From: Enoplolaimus lenunculus
Lineage: Eukaryota
Length of the DNA: 64,000 nucleotides
Direction: 5' to 3'
Assembly: GCA_030248215.1 (NCBI GenBank)
Contig: JASANG010003338.1
Span: forward strand, 1 to 64,000
A model generated the notes under the pieces. That model saw only the letters and a program-made list of their open reading frames with translations, searched no databases and was not told the origin of the DNA. Shown piece after piece: positions 1 to 12,538 of the stretch. The translations under genes were made by a program, and so were the position numbers. Within the stretch, counting starts at the first letter, position 1, and every line of letters begins with the position of its first letter.

Positions 1-775
1 CCCCTTGTATTCGGGTCACCACTAAATACTGACTCATTTCAGAACTCTTAGTTGAATGCCTTGCCTGTAAAACAGGTACGAGATTCCACAAATATTTGTA
101 GCTGAATTAAAAAAATGACTTTCGCGAAAAGAAATGTAAATTGTCTAAATTTCATATGCAACAAACATGATGAATTATTAAATTCGCGATGTTTATACAG
201 CTAACCGACATTGCTTATGGCTGTTGTGTTGCATATTGTAAACCTGGAATAGGAAGCTTCGACGATTAGTAACATGCTTGCCAACGTAACAATAAATCAC
301 GAGCCGGATCTAAGCATTCGGTCGTAATGCAGCACAAACGCAAGCATGGGTGGAGCTTATCAACCCCCAGGAAGAGGTCTCACACGACACCATCAATCAA
401 ATATGTTTTAGATGAAACAAATACCGTTTACAGTATATATTTTCGAACGCGCAATATCAAGATATCAAGCAATTTGGATGATAGTTTACCCGCAGTTGCG
501 TTAAAATTGTTTTCTAGACCACCGTCCAGTGTTTTTTGAGTATTTATATAAGTGTTTTTGAATCAGTTTATGTTAATTCATTAAGCATATAAATAACTAT
601 TTCAACGAAACTGATCTAACTCGTGAAATGATTTTTATTAGCTTTACTCATCCATTTAATATATTTTAGTATGCAAAGAGCTATGGCAGATGCAGAAATT
701 CGCTGGGGCGCAATATGTAATGGCGAAAAAAATTTAAAAGCTAGAAGCGAAACGCAATTTTAATACTAAAATCAT

Positions 776-1173
776 TTGTAGGTGACCCGAATCCGAGGGT
801 AGAAATAGGAGGGTGTCAGAATCAATTGGAGTCTGTATTCTTAATTATTAACTAGTACGTTATAGTGAATAGAGTGCATAAGTCCTGCCCTATAAATTAG
901 AGTATATAAAACATACACAAATGCAGAAAAATTGCCTAGGCTGTTCAAATATGCAATAGACAGTCAGACAACTCGCATAAACTTTATTAAAGCAAGAAAA
1001 CAAAAATGCTTCGGACCAAGTAAGTTCTGCCTAAAAGGGAGAATATAAAAAGGAAGGGTGTTGAGTGCAACAACCATGGAATGAATTAAAAAACAACAGT
1101 CAATAACCGAACAACAGGAAGCATCGGCAGAAGCAAAATAAATATCAGTCCCCTCCTATTCGGGTCACTACAA
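776..1173. mobile_element. MITE with TGTAGTGACCCGAATA-type TIRs (family A termini)
   Basis: Left end TTGTAGGTGACCCGAAT, right end CCTATTCGGGTCACTACAA; same termini as 21165-21575. Confidence 0.65.
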
Positions 1174-3407
1174 TACATGTATATGTCCACGCAAACAAAG
1201 CCGCTTGACAAAAGCGCACTCAAATAAAATGTTTTGTTGCACTGTGCCATACTGTACTATTACAAATAGAATCGGTGGTGAATTATTCGGTTCGATGTAA
1301 CGTGATACTCGTCATATCAACTTGAACTGAACATGACAGGTTTACCATCAAGTACAATTTGTTAAATTCGAAGGTAAGTTCCCGGCTTACGTTGACTATA
1401 GTACCTGCCTACTAAGGGTAAATTTTAGCTAACTATAAAAACCTAAGCCTAAACATAAGCCTAATTCTGAGCTTAAACCTACCGAATCTCTCGTCATCCA
1501 GTGGGTAGGTCCTTATAATAAACATGGGATAAAGTTTGACTCTAAGTTTCAATAAATATTCATTGGATTTATGTAATGCCAAACGTTACAAAAAATATTC
1601 TATGTATCGCTGAATTCATGCTGGTGAGGTTTAACTGAACGCCCAGGAGCAGAGAACGGCAAATAGAACCGATGTTTCGAAAGTTGGATTTCCGTATCGT
1701 ACTTTTTCTCTGAAAATTTTTTAAGTTTCTGTAATATTAGTTTTTCTGATTAATTAAACATCGCGTCGTTTTTAATTATTTTCGGTTTTTTAATTGCAAA
1801 AATTTGCTAAAAAAGCATGAAGAAAACTTGACAAAGCTGCATGAATAATTGTTACATTTTAAAACTTTGTATTCGGGGCTGTAGTCGATTTATTTTCCTT
1901 TACCACTCCAGTCTGACAAGAACTCAGCAGCGAATGATCAAACAACAAAAAAGGTCACCTGCCGGGGAGACCAAAATATTTATATAACAGATGACGATCC
2001 CTTACAAGAGAAGCTAGCGCGAAGCCAAATGTGATTTCAGCGCTAAATCTTGATGCAAATTTTTCGTTTATAAAAATCTCAGTAAAGCATACCTAGCTAC
2101 AATATATGGTAAAATTTAAACCGAAAACATCAATTGACAACTGAAACTGCCGCGATAGTACAAATTTTAAACTATTCCGCATGCTAAACACATAATTCAC
2201 ACGAAACAATGCCACAGTATTCGATAGCTAACAACAAAACCCTGCCCTACATGAAGCTTGAGACCATTACACATTGCGTTTTCGCTCTGAAAACACGAGA
2301 ATGCATCTGTACAATGTCTCCCCGTACACAACTCAGTTCCATCACTTTAGTTTGCGTACCCATTTGTAACTCGATCCAAATGAGTACAAACAAAAAGCTT
2401 TTTGGAAACCTTACAATGGTTTGCTGTATACAGCGAAACGGTATATGAAGGACATCCCGTGAAATTTTAACAGATATGAGAAATGAAGGAACTGCAAGAG
2501 ATAGAAGCGACAAATACGATACGTATGTTGGCAAAACTTAGGAATATCTAAACTGAACTTTAAAAACAAGGGTCAGCAACGTTGGATCGTGGAGTTTTTA
2601 ATCGCTGGCGCTATAGAAGTCGCCGTCCGCCACTGTGCGGTATCGTACACGAGTAATTGCTAACGCCAACGGAGAAATACTTATCGAAAAATATTTACAT
2701 ATGAGTAATTAAGAAAACTTTAACGAACGCAACAAGACACTAAATGTATATAGCAATAGCTGGCCGGTAACCTGTTCACCTTGCTAGAGGGGTGAATTTT
2801 TTCAAGAGGGGCATACAAGCGTTTTCAATGACTTATAAGCTAAGTTGAACAATTACTAGAGGGGCAAAATTTTTTCACGGGCGGGGGGCTGAGCTCCCCT
2901 ACCCTGCCTTGGCCACAAGCCCGAGCCGTAGCCAGTTATGCAAATTTATATACTAAAGAATATTTAAACTTCAGTTTAAAAACAAAAATCGGCATCATTG
3001 GTACGAAATTTAAAACTTTCCAAGCATTTGTTCTTAGTAAACAAAAATGCTTTAATAACAACATTTTAAATTTAATGCACGAACGTGCAATATGGCCCGA
3101 ACAGGCTTTAACTAGGCTGTTCCATTAATGAAATGAAGAAACAACCCAATCTGATCGGTTCTGTGGCACCAAAAATTATATTGATATTTTTATAAAGTAC
3201 TCAATTTAAACAGAGTTACTTGCACATAAACACAGTTTTAAATGAAAAATACGTTTTAATATGATGATTTGCAGCTGAAAAGTATCTCAAAGTTTGTGTC
3301 GAATGGTGATAAATTTGTTATGATTGGACCAGCAACTCACGGGTTATAGTCGAATAACTATTCTAAGTTAAGCAGCATCAAATAGAGCGCTCCGTGAAAA
3401 TTTTGCC

Positions 3408-3484
3408 GTGCATTCAGTGGGTCTCGAACCAACGACATACGGATTACCGGTGGTTCCGTCGCTCTAACCACTGAGGTTGCAGCC
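3408..3484 (-). mobile_element. tRNA-derived SINE head / tRNA pseudogene (left-arm copy)
   Basis: Minus strand reads CCTCAGTGGTTAGAGC (A-box-like) ... GGTTCGAGACC (B-box); mirror of 8645-8722. Confidence 0.55.
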
Positions 3485-4446
3485 ATGTAAACGTTTCGCT
3501 ACAATGGCTCTACATTCATTCCGATAGTTTGGTGCTACAAGATACGTGTACGAATACGCCACCAATAGCTGAAGGGCGTCTCTCGCAATTCTCAACCGAT
3601 AACTAAGTTTACACTCTGCCGACGGTCTAGTTATAATAGCTGTTAAAAATTCCTCTGATAGCAAACATCTGACAGCGAGCGACTCAGCTCTGCAAGCTGC
3701 GTTGCATGATATTCAAATTGCACACATTTCTGAATAAAATATAGTCTCGAACAAGTATTCTGTTGCCAAAAAGTCGCTTTTAAAAAAAATTCAAATTTCG
3801 ACATAGTATGAGAGTACGTCGCAACGCAATGCAAAAAACTCTAACCTCCTACCATCTTTGGCAAGCACGACGCGAGCAGGCGTGCGCTTACCGGAAAAGA
3901 GGCCATTGATCATTGCGACTACTTTTGGGTGCTACGGATGACTACCATTTTCTGACAACCCAGTTTGATACAACAAATTTTGATAATTAAGATTTGTTCA
4001 AATGTAACGAGCCGAACTATTTTTAAAAATTTTCATCCTTATAAAGACGAAATTGAAGATGAACCTAACGCTACAATTACTTCGAAGACAGCAATGAATT
4101 GCCTAATTAGTCTTTCAAGCTAAAAAGAAGCAAAGCCAAAAGGAATGCAAAATTTTGTATTATTATTTTATTTAACGATATCAAAAATTACAGCATTGAA
4201 AGACTTGTTGCTAAGAACACTGCATCCTTTAAAATCTGGAACTCCAACGATACACGAATTTTGGACAACGTTCAATCCAATTTATGGGCATACACAATAA
4301 ACTAACGACACGATAAATTGGTATATATTGTAAAACATTTAAAAACGTCAATGTCAGTGTCGTAAATCTCGCAGAAACTTTGGCTGGTTTAATAACATAG
4401 AAAGCCAAAGCATCAAATCTACGAACGAAATTATATCGATATGTTC

Positions 4447-4832
4447 CAGGGTACAACCGGAGGTCTGGCTCCGGCCCCGGCTCCGGCAGAAAATCGGCCT
4501 ACGGCTCCGACTCCGGCTCCGGTAGAAATTTTGCCGGAGGTCCCGGCAATTTCGGTAGTAAAATTTTACATAATTTTGCAAAATTTATCTGTTTAGCGTG
4601 TTTCGTTTTATTTTTGTGCCAATTTTCAGTAAAAAATTTCCGAAGTTTCGCAGAAAATCAGCGTAATACCAAACAACTTAACAACATATTGCAGATATTG
4701 GCTAAAATTAACTAATTAACCGTCATTTTTACTACCTAATTTCGCCTCACCTCCGATTTCGGCTCTGGCTCCAGCAAGTTTCGTTGACCTACGGCTCCGG
4801 CCCCGGTATTTTTCACCTCCGGTTACACCCTG
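4447..4832. mobile_element. hAT-like MITE with CAGGGT..AACCGGAGG TIRs and internal (GGCTCC)n subrepeats
   Basis: Left CAGGGTACAACCGGAGGT, right ACCTCCGGTTACACCCTG; repeated CTCCGG motifs. No convincing TSD. Confidence 0.6.
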
Positions 4833-7297
4833 CAGGTTCTAACAGTAGTGCACTAAGCAGTATTTGGAACACTATTATACCAATATGTTAGAACCTCCAG
4901 AGGTGAATAAAATAAAATAAAATTTGCAAAATTTTCAGTCAGTCAAAATGGCACTCGCTAGCTCGTGAAAATTATTGTAAAAGCTAAAAGTGATTCTGCA
5001 ACAAAACACTTTACAAATGTATGGAATACAAATAGGAACGCTATCATAGAAGTCAAGCTTTCCAAAATGCGTTTTCAACTCTTGAGAAACTGTTCGGCAC
5101 ATCTGTTAACTTTAAACTTCACACAAATAATTTAAATTTAGTGGTAAAATTTTACTGCAAAGCTGTCGCTGCAACAATAAATTCTAATATAGTTACACTT
5201 TAGTAGCCGGATAATGCATCCAGTTAGCATTTGACAAAGAACCCCTCTTTTTTAATGTTGTAAGCAACAGTGTGGCGTTTACGTGGGACAGAAATGATGA
5301 TGGTGACAAATCAAACAATAATTTGGCTCCTATATATTCTTAAATGTATTTAGCACCTACGATAGATCGTATAAAGTTCGAATTAGCCATTGGAAAATTT
5401 CGAAATTAGGCATATTATTCACATTTCACTGCTCCTACAGGTGAAACATGTTTTTTACATTTTTATAGGTTCCGGAACAGTATTATAAGCATATTCCTAA
5501 GCCTAAGCTTAATCCTAAGCCTAACCGTGAGAATGAGCATATTCCTAAGCCGAAGCCTAAGCCTGAGCATACGCCAAGCAAAAAATTAGTGTAAAACTTA
5601 AGCATTCTCCTTTCTGTTCCCACCAACGTCCGCCCTTATCTTTACATAGCCCAATTGTTTCGCTTTGGCTTAGGATATGCTTACGCCCGTACGACCTTTC
5701 TGCTATCGGACTGTACTCCTATCATAATTGACTCGCACGGTAGAACGTAGTGAAATATTCCTATTTACTAAAGTGTGCGCTGAGTGAGTCCATTCCCGTA
5801 CGCCCGTATCATTGAGTTTAGTTTCTTTTGTCAAATCACCCCCTTCAGTTATTACATTACACCTTTTATTTTTCTTTCCTTCTGTGCTCATTCATATACC
5901 TACAGACTATTACTGCACTGTCCAGCTTCCTCCTTCCGTTCTGCCCTGGTTGACTTTTTTTGTCGATTTCTGCGTGTCTTTCCGCCCCGCTTGCGTGGTT
6001 GGCTGTGCCTCTTTTTAGGTCACTCGCGCCTGCGCCCGCTCCCCGCCATGCGCGCTTGGCTGTCCTTGTCGTTGCCGTCTTGGCGCCCGCTTATTTGGCA
6101 TATCTGGTTTATCTCTTCTATTTTGCCTTGTTTTTGCGCGTGTGTGCGTGCGGGTTGCTGTTCCGCTTTGGTTTTGGCCTTTTCCGTTTCACGCGTTCTG
6201 CCCTATCTTTCGGCGGGGCTGGTTCCCGGGCCCGCCGCCGCGTCCTCCCCCCGCGGTGTTTGTTGCCGCCGCTACTCCTGGTCTCTATCGCAGTCCGCGT
6301 TCTCCCTCTGCCTGGGTGTGTTGTTCTTTCGTCTATTCATTTGTTTATCTCTGTGTGGCTTTTTTTTCTTTTTCTTCCCTTTTCCTCGGCGTACGGTGCT
6401 TGACTCCTCCGCCCCTTTCGATGTTTCCTACTTTTCTACCGTGCGGTCTTTAGTATCGTCCATTGCGCGTTCGACTCGTAGCGTAAGCATATTCCTAGCC
6501 GCCGCCTATTTATGGGCCTGGTCAGGGCGAACGTTTTTTGTGGGCGGGGTGCTAGTTTTCCTTTTTTTCTTCGTTGCTCGGCTTGCTTCGGCTTAGAATA
6601 TGCTCTTCTCCGGTTAGGCTTGGATTAGCTTGGCTTGGATATGCTTTAATACTGTTCCGGAACCTATAAATGTAAGAACATGTTTCACCTGTAGGAGCAG
6701 TGAATGTGAATATATGCCAATTTCGATTTTCCAATGGCTATTCGAACTTTATATATACGATCTATCGTAGGTGCTATACTTTGATATATAGGAGCCAAAT
6801 TATTGTTTGATTTGTCACCATCATCATTTCTGTCCCACGTAAACGCCACACTGTTGCTTACAACATTAAAAAAGCAGGGGTTTCTTTTGTCAAATGCTAA
6901 CTGGATGCATTTATCCGGCTACTAAAGTGTAACTATATTTTAGACATTTTATTTGTTGCAGCGACAGCTTTGCAGTAAAATTTTTCCACAATATTTAAAT
7001 TATTTGTGTGAAGTTTAAAGTTAACAGATGTGCCGAACAGTTTCTCAAGAGTTGAAAACGCATTTTGGAAAGCTTGACTTCTATGATAGCGTTCCTATTT
7101 GTATTCCATACATTTGTAAAGTGTTTTGTTGCAGAATCACTTCTAGCTTTTACAATAATTTTCACGAGCTAGCGAGTGCCATTTTGACTGACTGAAAATT
7201 TTGCAAATTTTATTTTATTTTATTCACCTCTGGAGGTTCTAACATATTGGTATAATAGTGTTCCAAATACTGCTTAGTGCACTACTGTTAGAACCTG

Positions 7298-7683
7298 CAG
7301 GGTGTAACCGGAGGTGAAAAATACCGGGGCCGGAGCCATAGGTCAACGAAACTTGCTAAAGCCAGAGCCGAAATCGGAGGTGAGGTGAAATTAGGTAGTA
7401 AAAATGACGGTTAATTAGTCAATTTTAGCCAATATCTGCAATATGCTGTTAAGTTGTTTGGTATTACGCTGATTTTCTGCGAAACTTCGAAAATTTTTTT
7501 ACTGAAAATCGGCACAAAATAAAACGAAACACGCTAAACAGATAAATTTTGCAAAATTATGTAAAATTTTACTACCGAAATTGCCGGGACCTCCGTCAAA
7601 ATTTCTACCAGAGCCGGAGTCGGAGCCGTAGGCCGATTTTATGCCGGAGCCGGGGCCGGAGGCAGACCTCCGGTTGTACCCTG
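7298..7683. mobile_element. hAT-like MITE, mirror copy of 4447-4832
   Basis: CAGGGTGTAACCGGAGGT ... ACCTCCGGTTGTACCCTG. Confidence 0.6.
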
Positions 7684-8644
7684 GAACATATAGATATAAT
7701 TTCGTTCATAGACTCGATGGTTTGGCTCTCTATGTTATTAAACCAGCCAAAGTTTCTGCGAGATTTACGACACTGACGTTGACATTTTTAAATGTTTTAC
7801 AATATATACCAATTTATCGTGTCGTTAGTTTGTTGTGTATGCCCATAATTTGGATTGAACGCTGTCTAAAATTCGTGTATCGTTGGAGTTCCAGATTTTA
7901 AAGGATGCAGTGTTCTTAGCAACAAGTCTTTCAATAATGCTGTAATTTTTGATATCGTTAAATAAAATAATATAAAATTTTGCATTCCTTTTGGCTTTGC
8001 TTCTTTTTAGCTTGAAAAACTACTTAGGCAATTCATTGCTCTCTTCGAATTAATTGTAGCGTTAGGTTCATCTTCAATTTCGTCTGTATAAGGATGAAAA
8101 TTTTTAAAAATAGTTCGGCTCGTTACATTTTAACAAATCTTAATTATCAAAATTTGTTGTATCAAACTGGGTTGTCAGAAAATGATAGTCATCGGTAGCA
8201 CCCAAAAGTAGTCGCAATGATCAATGGCCTGTTTTCCGGTAAGCGCACGCCTGCTCGCGTCGTGCTTGCCAAAGATGAAGGAGGTTAAAGTTTTTTGCAT
8301 TGTGTTGCGACGTAATCTCATGCTACGTCGAAATTTGAATTTTTTAAAAAAGCGACTTTTTGGCATCAGAGTACTTGCTCGAGACAATATTTTATTTAGA
8401 AATGTGTGCAATTTGAATATCATGCAACGCAGCTTGCAGAGCTGAGTCGCTCGCTGTTAGATGTTTGCGATCAGATGAATTTTTAACAGCTATTATAACT
8501 AGGCCGTCGGCAGAGTGTAAACTTAGTTGTCCGTTGAGAATTGCGAGAGACACCCTCCATCTGTTCGTGGCGTATTCGTACACGTATCTTGTAGCACCAA
8601 ACTATCGGAATGAATGTAGAGCCATTGTAGCGAAACGTTTACAT

Positions 8645-8722
8645 GGCTGCGACCTCAGTGGTTAGAGCGACGGACCCACCGGTAATCCGCACGTCGATGG
8701 TTCGAGACCCACTGAATGCACG
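8645..8722 (+). mobile_element. tRNA-derived SINE head / tRNA pseudogene (right-arm copy)
   Basis: GACCTCAGTGGTTAGAGC A-box-like, CGGA..TCCG stem, GGTTCGAGACC B-box. The acceptor stem is poor, so not a functional tRNA. Confidence 0.55.
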
Positions 8723-10951
8723 GCAAAATTTTCATGGAGCGCTCTATTTGATGCTGCTTAACTTAGAATAGTTATTCGACTATAACCCGTGAGTTGCTGG
8801 TCCAATCATAACAAATTTATCACCATTCGACACAAACTTTGAGATACTTTTCAGCTGCAAATCATCATATTAAAAAGTATTTTTCATTTAAAACTGTGTT
8901 TATGTGCAAGTAACTCTGTTTAAATTGAGTACTTTATAAAAATATCAATATAATTTTTGGTGCCACAGAACCGATCAGATTGGGTTGTTTCTTCATTTCA
9001 TTAATGGAACAGCCTAGTTAAAGCCTGTTCGGGCCATATTGCACGTTCGTGCATTAAATTTAACATGTTATTAAAGCATTTTTGTTTACTAAGAACAAAT
9101 GCTTGGAAAGTTTTAAATTTCGTACCAATGATGCCGATTTTTGTTTTTAAACTGAAGTTTAAATATTCTTTAGTATATAAATTTGCATAACTGGCTACGG
9201 CTCGGGCTTGTGGCCAAGGCAGGGCAGGGGAGCTCAGCCCCCCGCCCGTGAAAAAATTTTGCCCCTCTAGTAATTGTTCAACTTAGCTTATAAGTCATTG
9301 AAAACGCTTGTATGCCCTCTTGAAAAAATTCACCCCTCTAGCAAGGTGAACAGGTTACCGGCCAGCTATTGCTATATACATTTAGTGTCTTGTTGCGTTC
9401 GTTAAAGTTTTCTTAATTACTCATATGTAAATATTTTTCGATAAGTATTTCTCCGTTGGCGTTAGCAATTACTCGTGTACGATACCGCACAGTGGCGGAC
9501 GGCGACTTCTATAGCGCCAGCGATTAAAAACTCCACGATCCAACGTTGCTGACCCTTGTTTTTAAAGTTCAGTTTAGATATTCCTAAGTTTTGCCAACAT
9601 ACGTATCGTATTTGTCGCTTCTATCTCTTGCAGTTCCTTCATTTCTCATATCTGTTAAAATTTCACGGGATGTCCTTCATATACCGTTTCGCTGTATACA
9701 GCAAACCATTGTAAGGTTTCCAAAAAGCTTTTTGTTTGTACTCATTTGGATCGAGTTACAAATGGGTACGCAAACTAAAGTGATGGAACTGAGTTGTGTA
9801 CGGGGAGACATTGTACAGATGCATTCTCGTGTTTTCAGAGCGAAAACGCAATGTGTAATGGTCTCAAGCTTCATGTAGGGCAGGGTTTTGTTGTTAGCTA
9901 TCGAATACTGTGGCATTGTTTCGTGTGAATTATGTGTTTAGCATGCGGAATAGTTTAAAATTTGTACTATCGCGGCAGTTTCAGTTGTCAATTGATGTTT
10001 TCGGTTTAAATTTTACCATATATTGTAGCTAGGTATGCTTTACTGAGATTTTTATAAACGAAAAATTTGCATCAAGATTTAGCGCTGAAATCACATTTGG
10101 CTTCGCGCTAGCTTCTCTTGTAAGGGATCGTCATCTGTTATATAAATATTTTGGTCTCCCCGGCAGGTGACCTTTTTTGTTGTTTGATCATTCGCTGCTG
10201 AGTTCTTGTCAGACTGGAGTGGTAAAGGAAAATAAATCGACTACAGCCCCGAATACAAAGTTTTAAAATGTAACAATTATTCATGCAGCTTTGTCAAGTT
10301 TTCTTCATGCTTTTTTAGCAAATTTTTGCAATTAAAAAACCGAAAATAATTAAAAACGACGCGATGTTTAATTAATCAGAAAAACTAATATTACAGAAAC
10401 TTAAAAAATTTTCAGAGAAAAAGTACGATACGGAAATCCAACTTTCGAAACATCGGTTCTATTTGCCGTTCTCTGCTCCTGGGCGTTCAGTTAAACCTCA
10501 CCAGCATGAATTCAGCGATACATAGAATATTTTTTGTAACGTTTGGCATTACATAAATCCAATGAATATTTATTGAAACTTAGAGTCAAACTTTATCCCA
10601 TGTTTATTATAAGGACCTACCCACTGGATGACGAGAGATTCGGTAGGTTTAAGCTCAGAATTAGGCTTATGTTTAGGCTTAGGTTTTTATAGTTAGCTAA
10701 AATTTACCCTTAGTAGGCAGGTACTATAGTCAACGTAAGCCGGGAACTTACCTTCGAATTTAACAAATTGTACTTGATGGTAAACCTGTCATGTTCAGTT
10801 CAAGTTGATATGACGAGTATCACGTTACATCGAACCGAATAATTCACCACCGATTCTATTTGTAATAGTACAGTATGGCACAGTGCAACAAAACATTTTA
10901 TTTGAGTGCGCTTTTGTCAAGCGGCTTTGTTTGCGTGGACATATACATGTA

Positions 10952-11349
10952 TTGTAGTGACCCGAATAGGAGGGGACTGATATTTATTTTGCTTCTGCCG
11001 ATGCTTCCTGTTGTTCGGTTATTGACTGTTGTTTTTTAATTCATTCCATGGTTGTTGCACTCAACACCCTTCCTTTTTATATTCTCCCTTTTAGGCAGAA
11101 CTTACTTGGTCCGAAGCATTTTTGTTTTCTTGCTTTAATAAAGTTTATGCGAGTTGTCTGACTGTCTATTGCATATTTGAACAGCCTAGGCAATTTTTCT
11201 GCATTTGTGTATGTTTTATATACTCTAATTTATAGGGCAGGACTTATGCACTCTATTCACTATAACGTACTAGTTAATAATTAAGAATACAGACTCCAAT
11301 TGATTCTGACACCCTCCTATTTCTACCCTCGGATTCGGGTCACCTACAA
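10952..11349. mobile_element. MITE (family A termini), mirror copy of 776-1173
   Basis: TTGTAGTGACCCGAATAGG ... ATTCGGGTCACCTACAA. Confidence 0.65.
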
Positions 11350-12100
11350 ATGATTTTAGTATTAAAATTGCGTTTCGCTTCTAGCTTTTAAATTTTTTTC
11401 GCCATTACATATTGCGCCCCAGCGAATTTCTGCATCTGCCATAGCTCTTTGCATACTAAAATATATTAAATGGATGAGTAAAGCTAATAAAAATCATTTC
11501 ACGAGTTAGATCAGTTTCGTTGAAATAGTTATTTATATGCTTAATGAATTAACATAAACTGATTCAAAAACACTTATATAAATACTCAAAAAACACTGGA
11601 CGGTGGTCTAGAAAACAATTTTAACGCAACTGCGGGTAAACTATCATCCAAATTGCTTGATATCTTGATATTGCGCGTTCGAAAATATATACTGTAAACG
11701 GTATTTGTTTCATCTAAAACATATTTGATTGATGGTGTCGTGTGAGACCTCTTCCTGGGGGTTGATAAGCTCCACCCATGCTTGCGTTTGTGCTGCATTA
11801 CGACCGAATGCTTAGATCCGGCTCGTGATTTATTGTTACGTTGGCAAGCATGTTACTAATCGTCGAAGCTTCCTATTCCAGGTTTACAATATGCAACACA
11901 ACAGCCATAAGCAATGTCGGTTAGCTGTATAAACATCGCGAATTTAATAATTCATCATGTTTGTTGCATATGAAATTTAGACAATTTACATTTCTTTTCG
12001 CGAAAGTCATTTTTTTAATTCAGCTACAAATATTTGTGGAATCTCGTACCTGTTTTACAGGCAAGGCATTCAACTAAGAGTTCTGAAATGAGTCAGTATT

Positions 12101-12538
12101 TAGTGGTGACCCGAATACAAGGGGGGTAATAAGAGGTCGTCCCCATTTTGAGTCTCAATCATAGGAGTCCGTATCCCTAATAAGAGTCCGTAAGCGGATA
12201 AAGTCCTTAAACCCTAATTAGAGACCATAAATGTCAATTATTTCTAATTGTAGCGCATAAATGACTCCAGGACCGAATAAAGTTGAGTTCGAAACCTTAA
12301 AGCGTACTTACGTTTGGAAAGTACATTCCTAAGTATGACCTAAAATAACCGACAGAGCAACCAACAAAAATGCTGTGGAAGGTCTGCCCAAAACAGAGAA
12401 TGACATAAGAGACGGGTGTTAGGTGCAACTAACAAAAAACGGTAGAGGGCGGGTTAAAAATAAATATCAGTCCGTAACGGAATACCGCGGTGGTACTCTC
12501 TGGAGAGGCCAAATAAATATCAGTCGTCACTGAGGTAT
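12101..12538 (-). mobile_element. MITE family A, reverse orientation relative to 21165-21575
   Basis: Starts TAGTGGTGACCCGAATA. Internal GGAGTCCGTATCCCTAATAAGAGTCCGTAA and GTTGAGTTCGAAACCTTAA are reverse complements of segments of the 21.2-21.6 kb copy. Confidence 0.75.

Larger units (their letters stand above)
1..12124. repeat. Giant inverted duplication / fold-back palindrome, arms about 6 kb, apex about 6050-6150; may extend beyond the left window edge
   Basis: Bases 1-40 are the reverse complement of 12085-12124. ORF pairs 327..539(+)/11586..11798(-) and 2209..2448(+)/9677..9916(-) are identical (coordinate sum 12125). Inner pairs (3464..3664/8465..8665, 4354..4581/7549..7776) differ by substitutions. 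Degraded symmetry can still be traced to about 5820<->6385. Confidence 0.97.

Noticed and set aside
327..2534. ORFs identical in both palindrome arms (70, 79 and 95 aa)
   Set aside because: Identity follows from the duplication itself; no domain or convincing splice structure.
5784..6596. 270-aa ORF and overlapping 147- and 103-aa ORFs rich in F/L/C/S/R, resembling a membrane protein enclosed by giant inverted repeats (foldback or Polinton-like cargo)
   Set aside because: All stop codons need A and the region is almost A-free, so every + frame is open. The sequence is a degraded mirror of the opposite arm, and no transposase or integrase motifs are present.
8645..8722. Functional tRNA genes here and at 3408-3484, 19164-19229 and 62330-62402
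   Set aside because: A and B boxes are present but the cloverleaves are incomplete (bad acceptor or anticodon stems); treated as SINE heads or pseudogenes.
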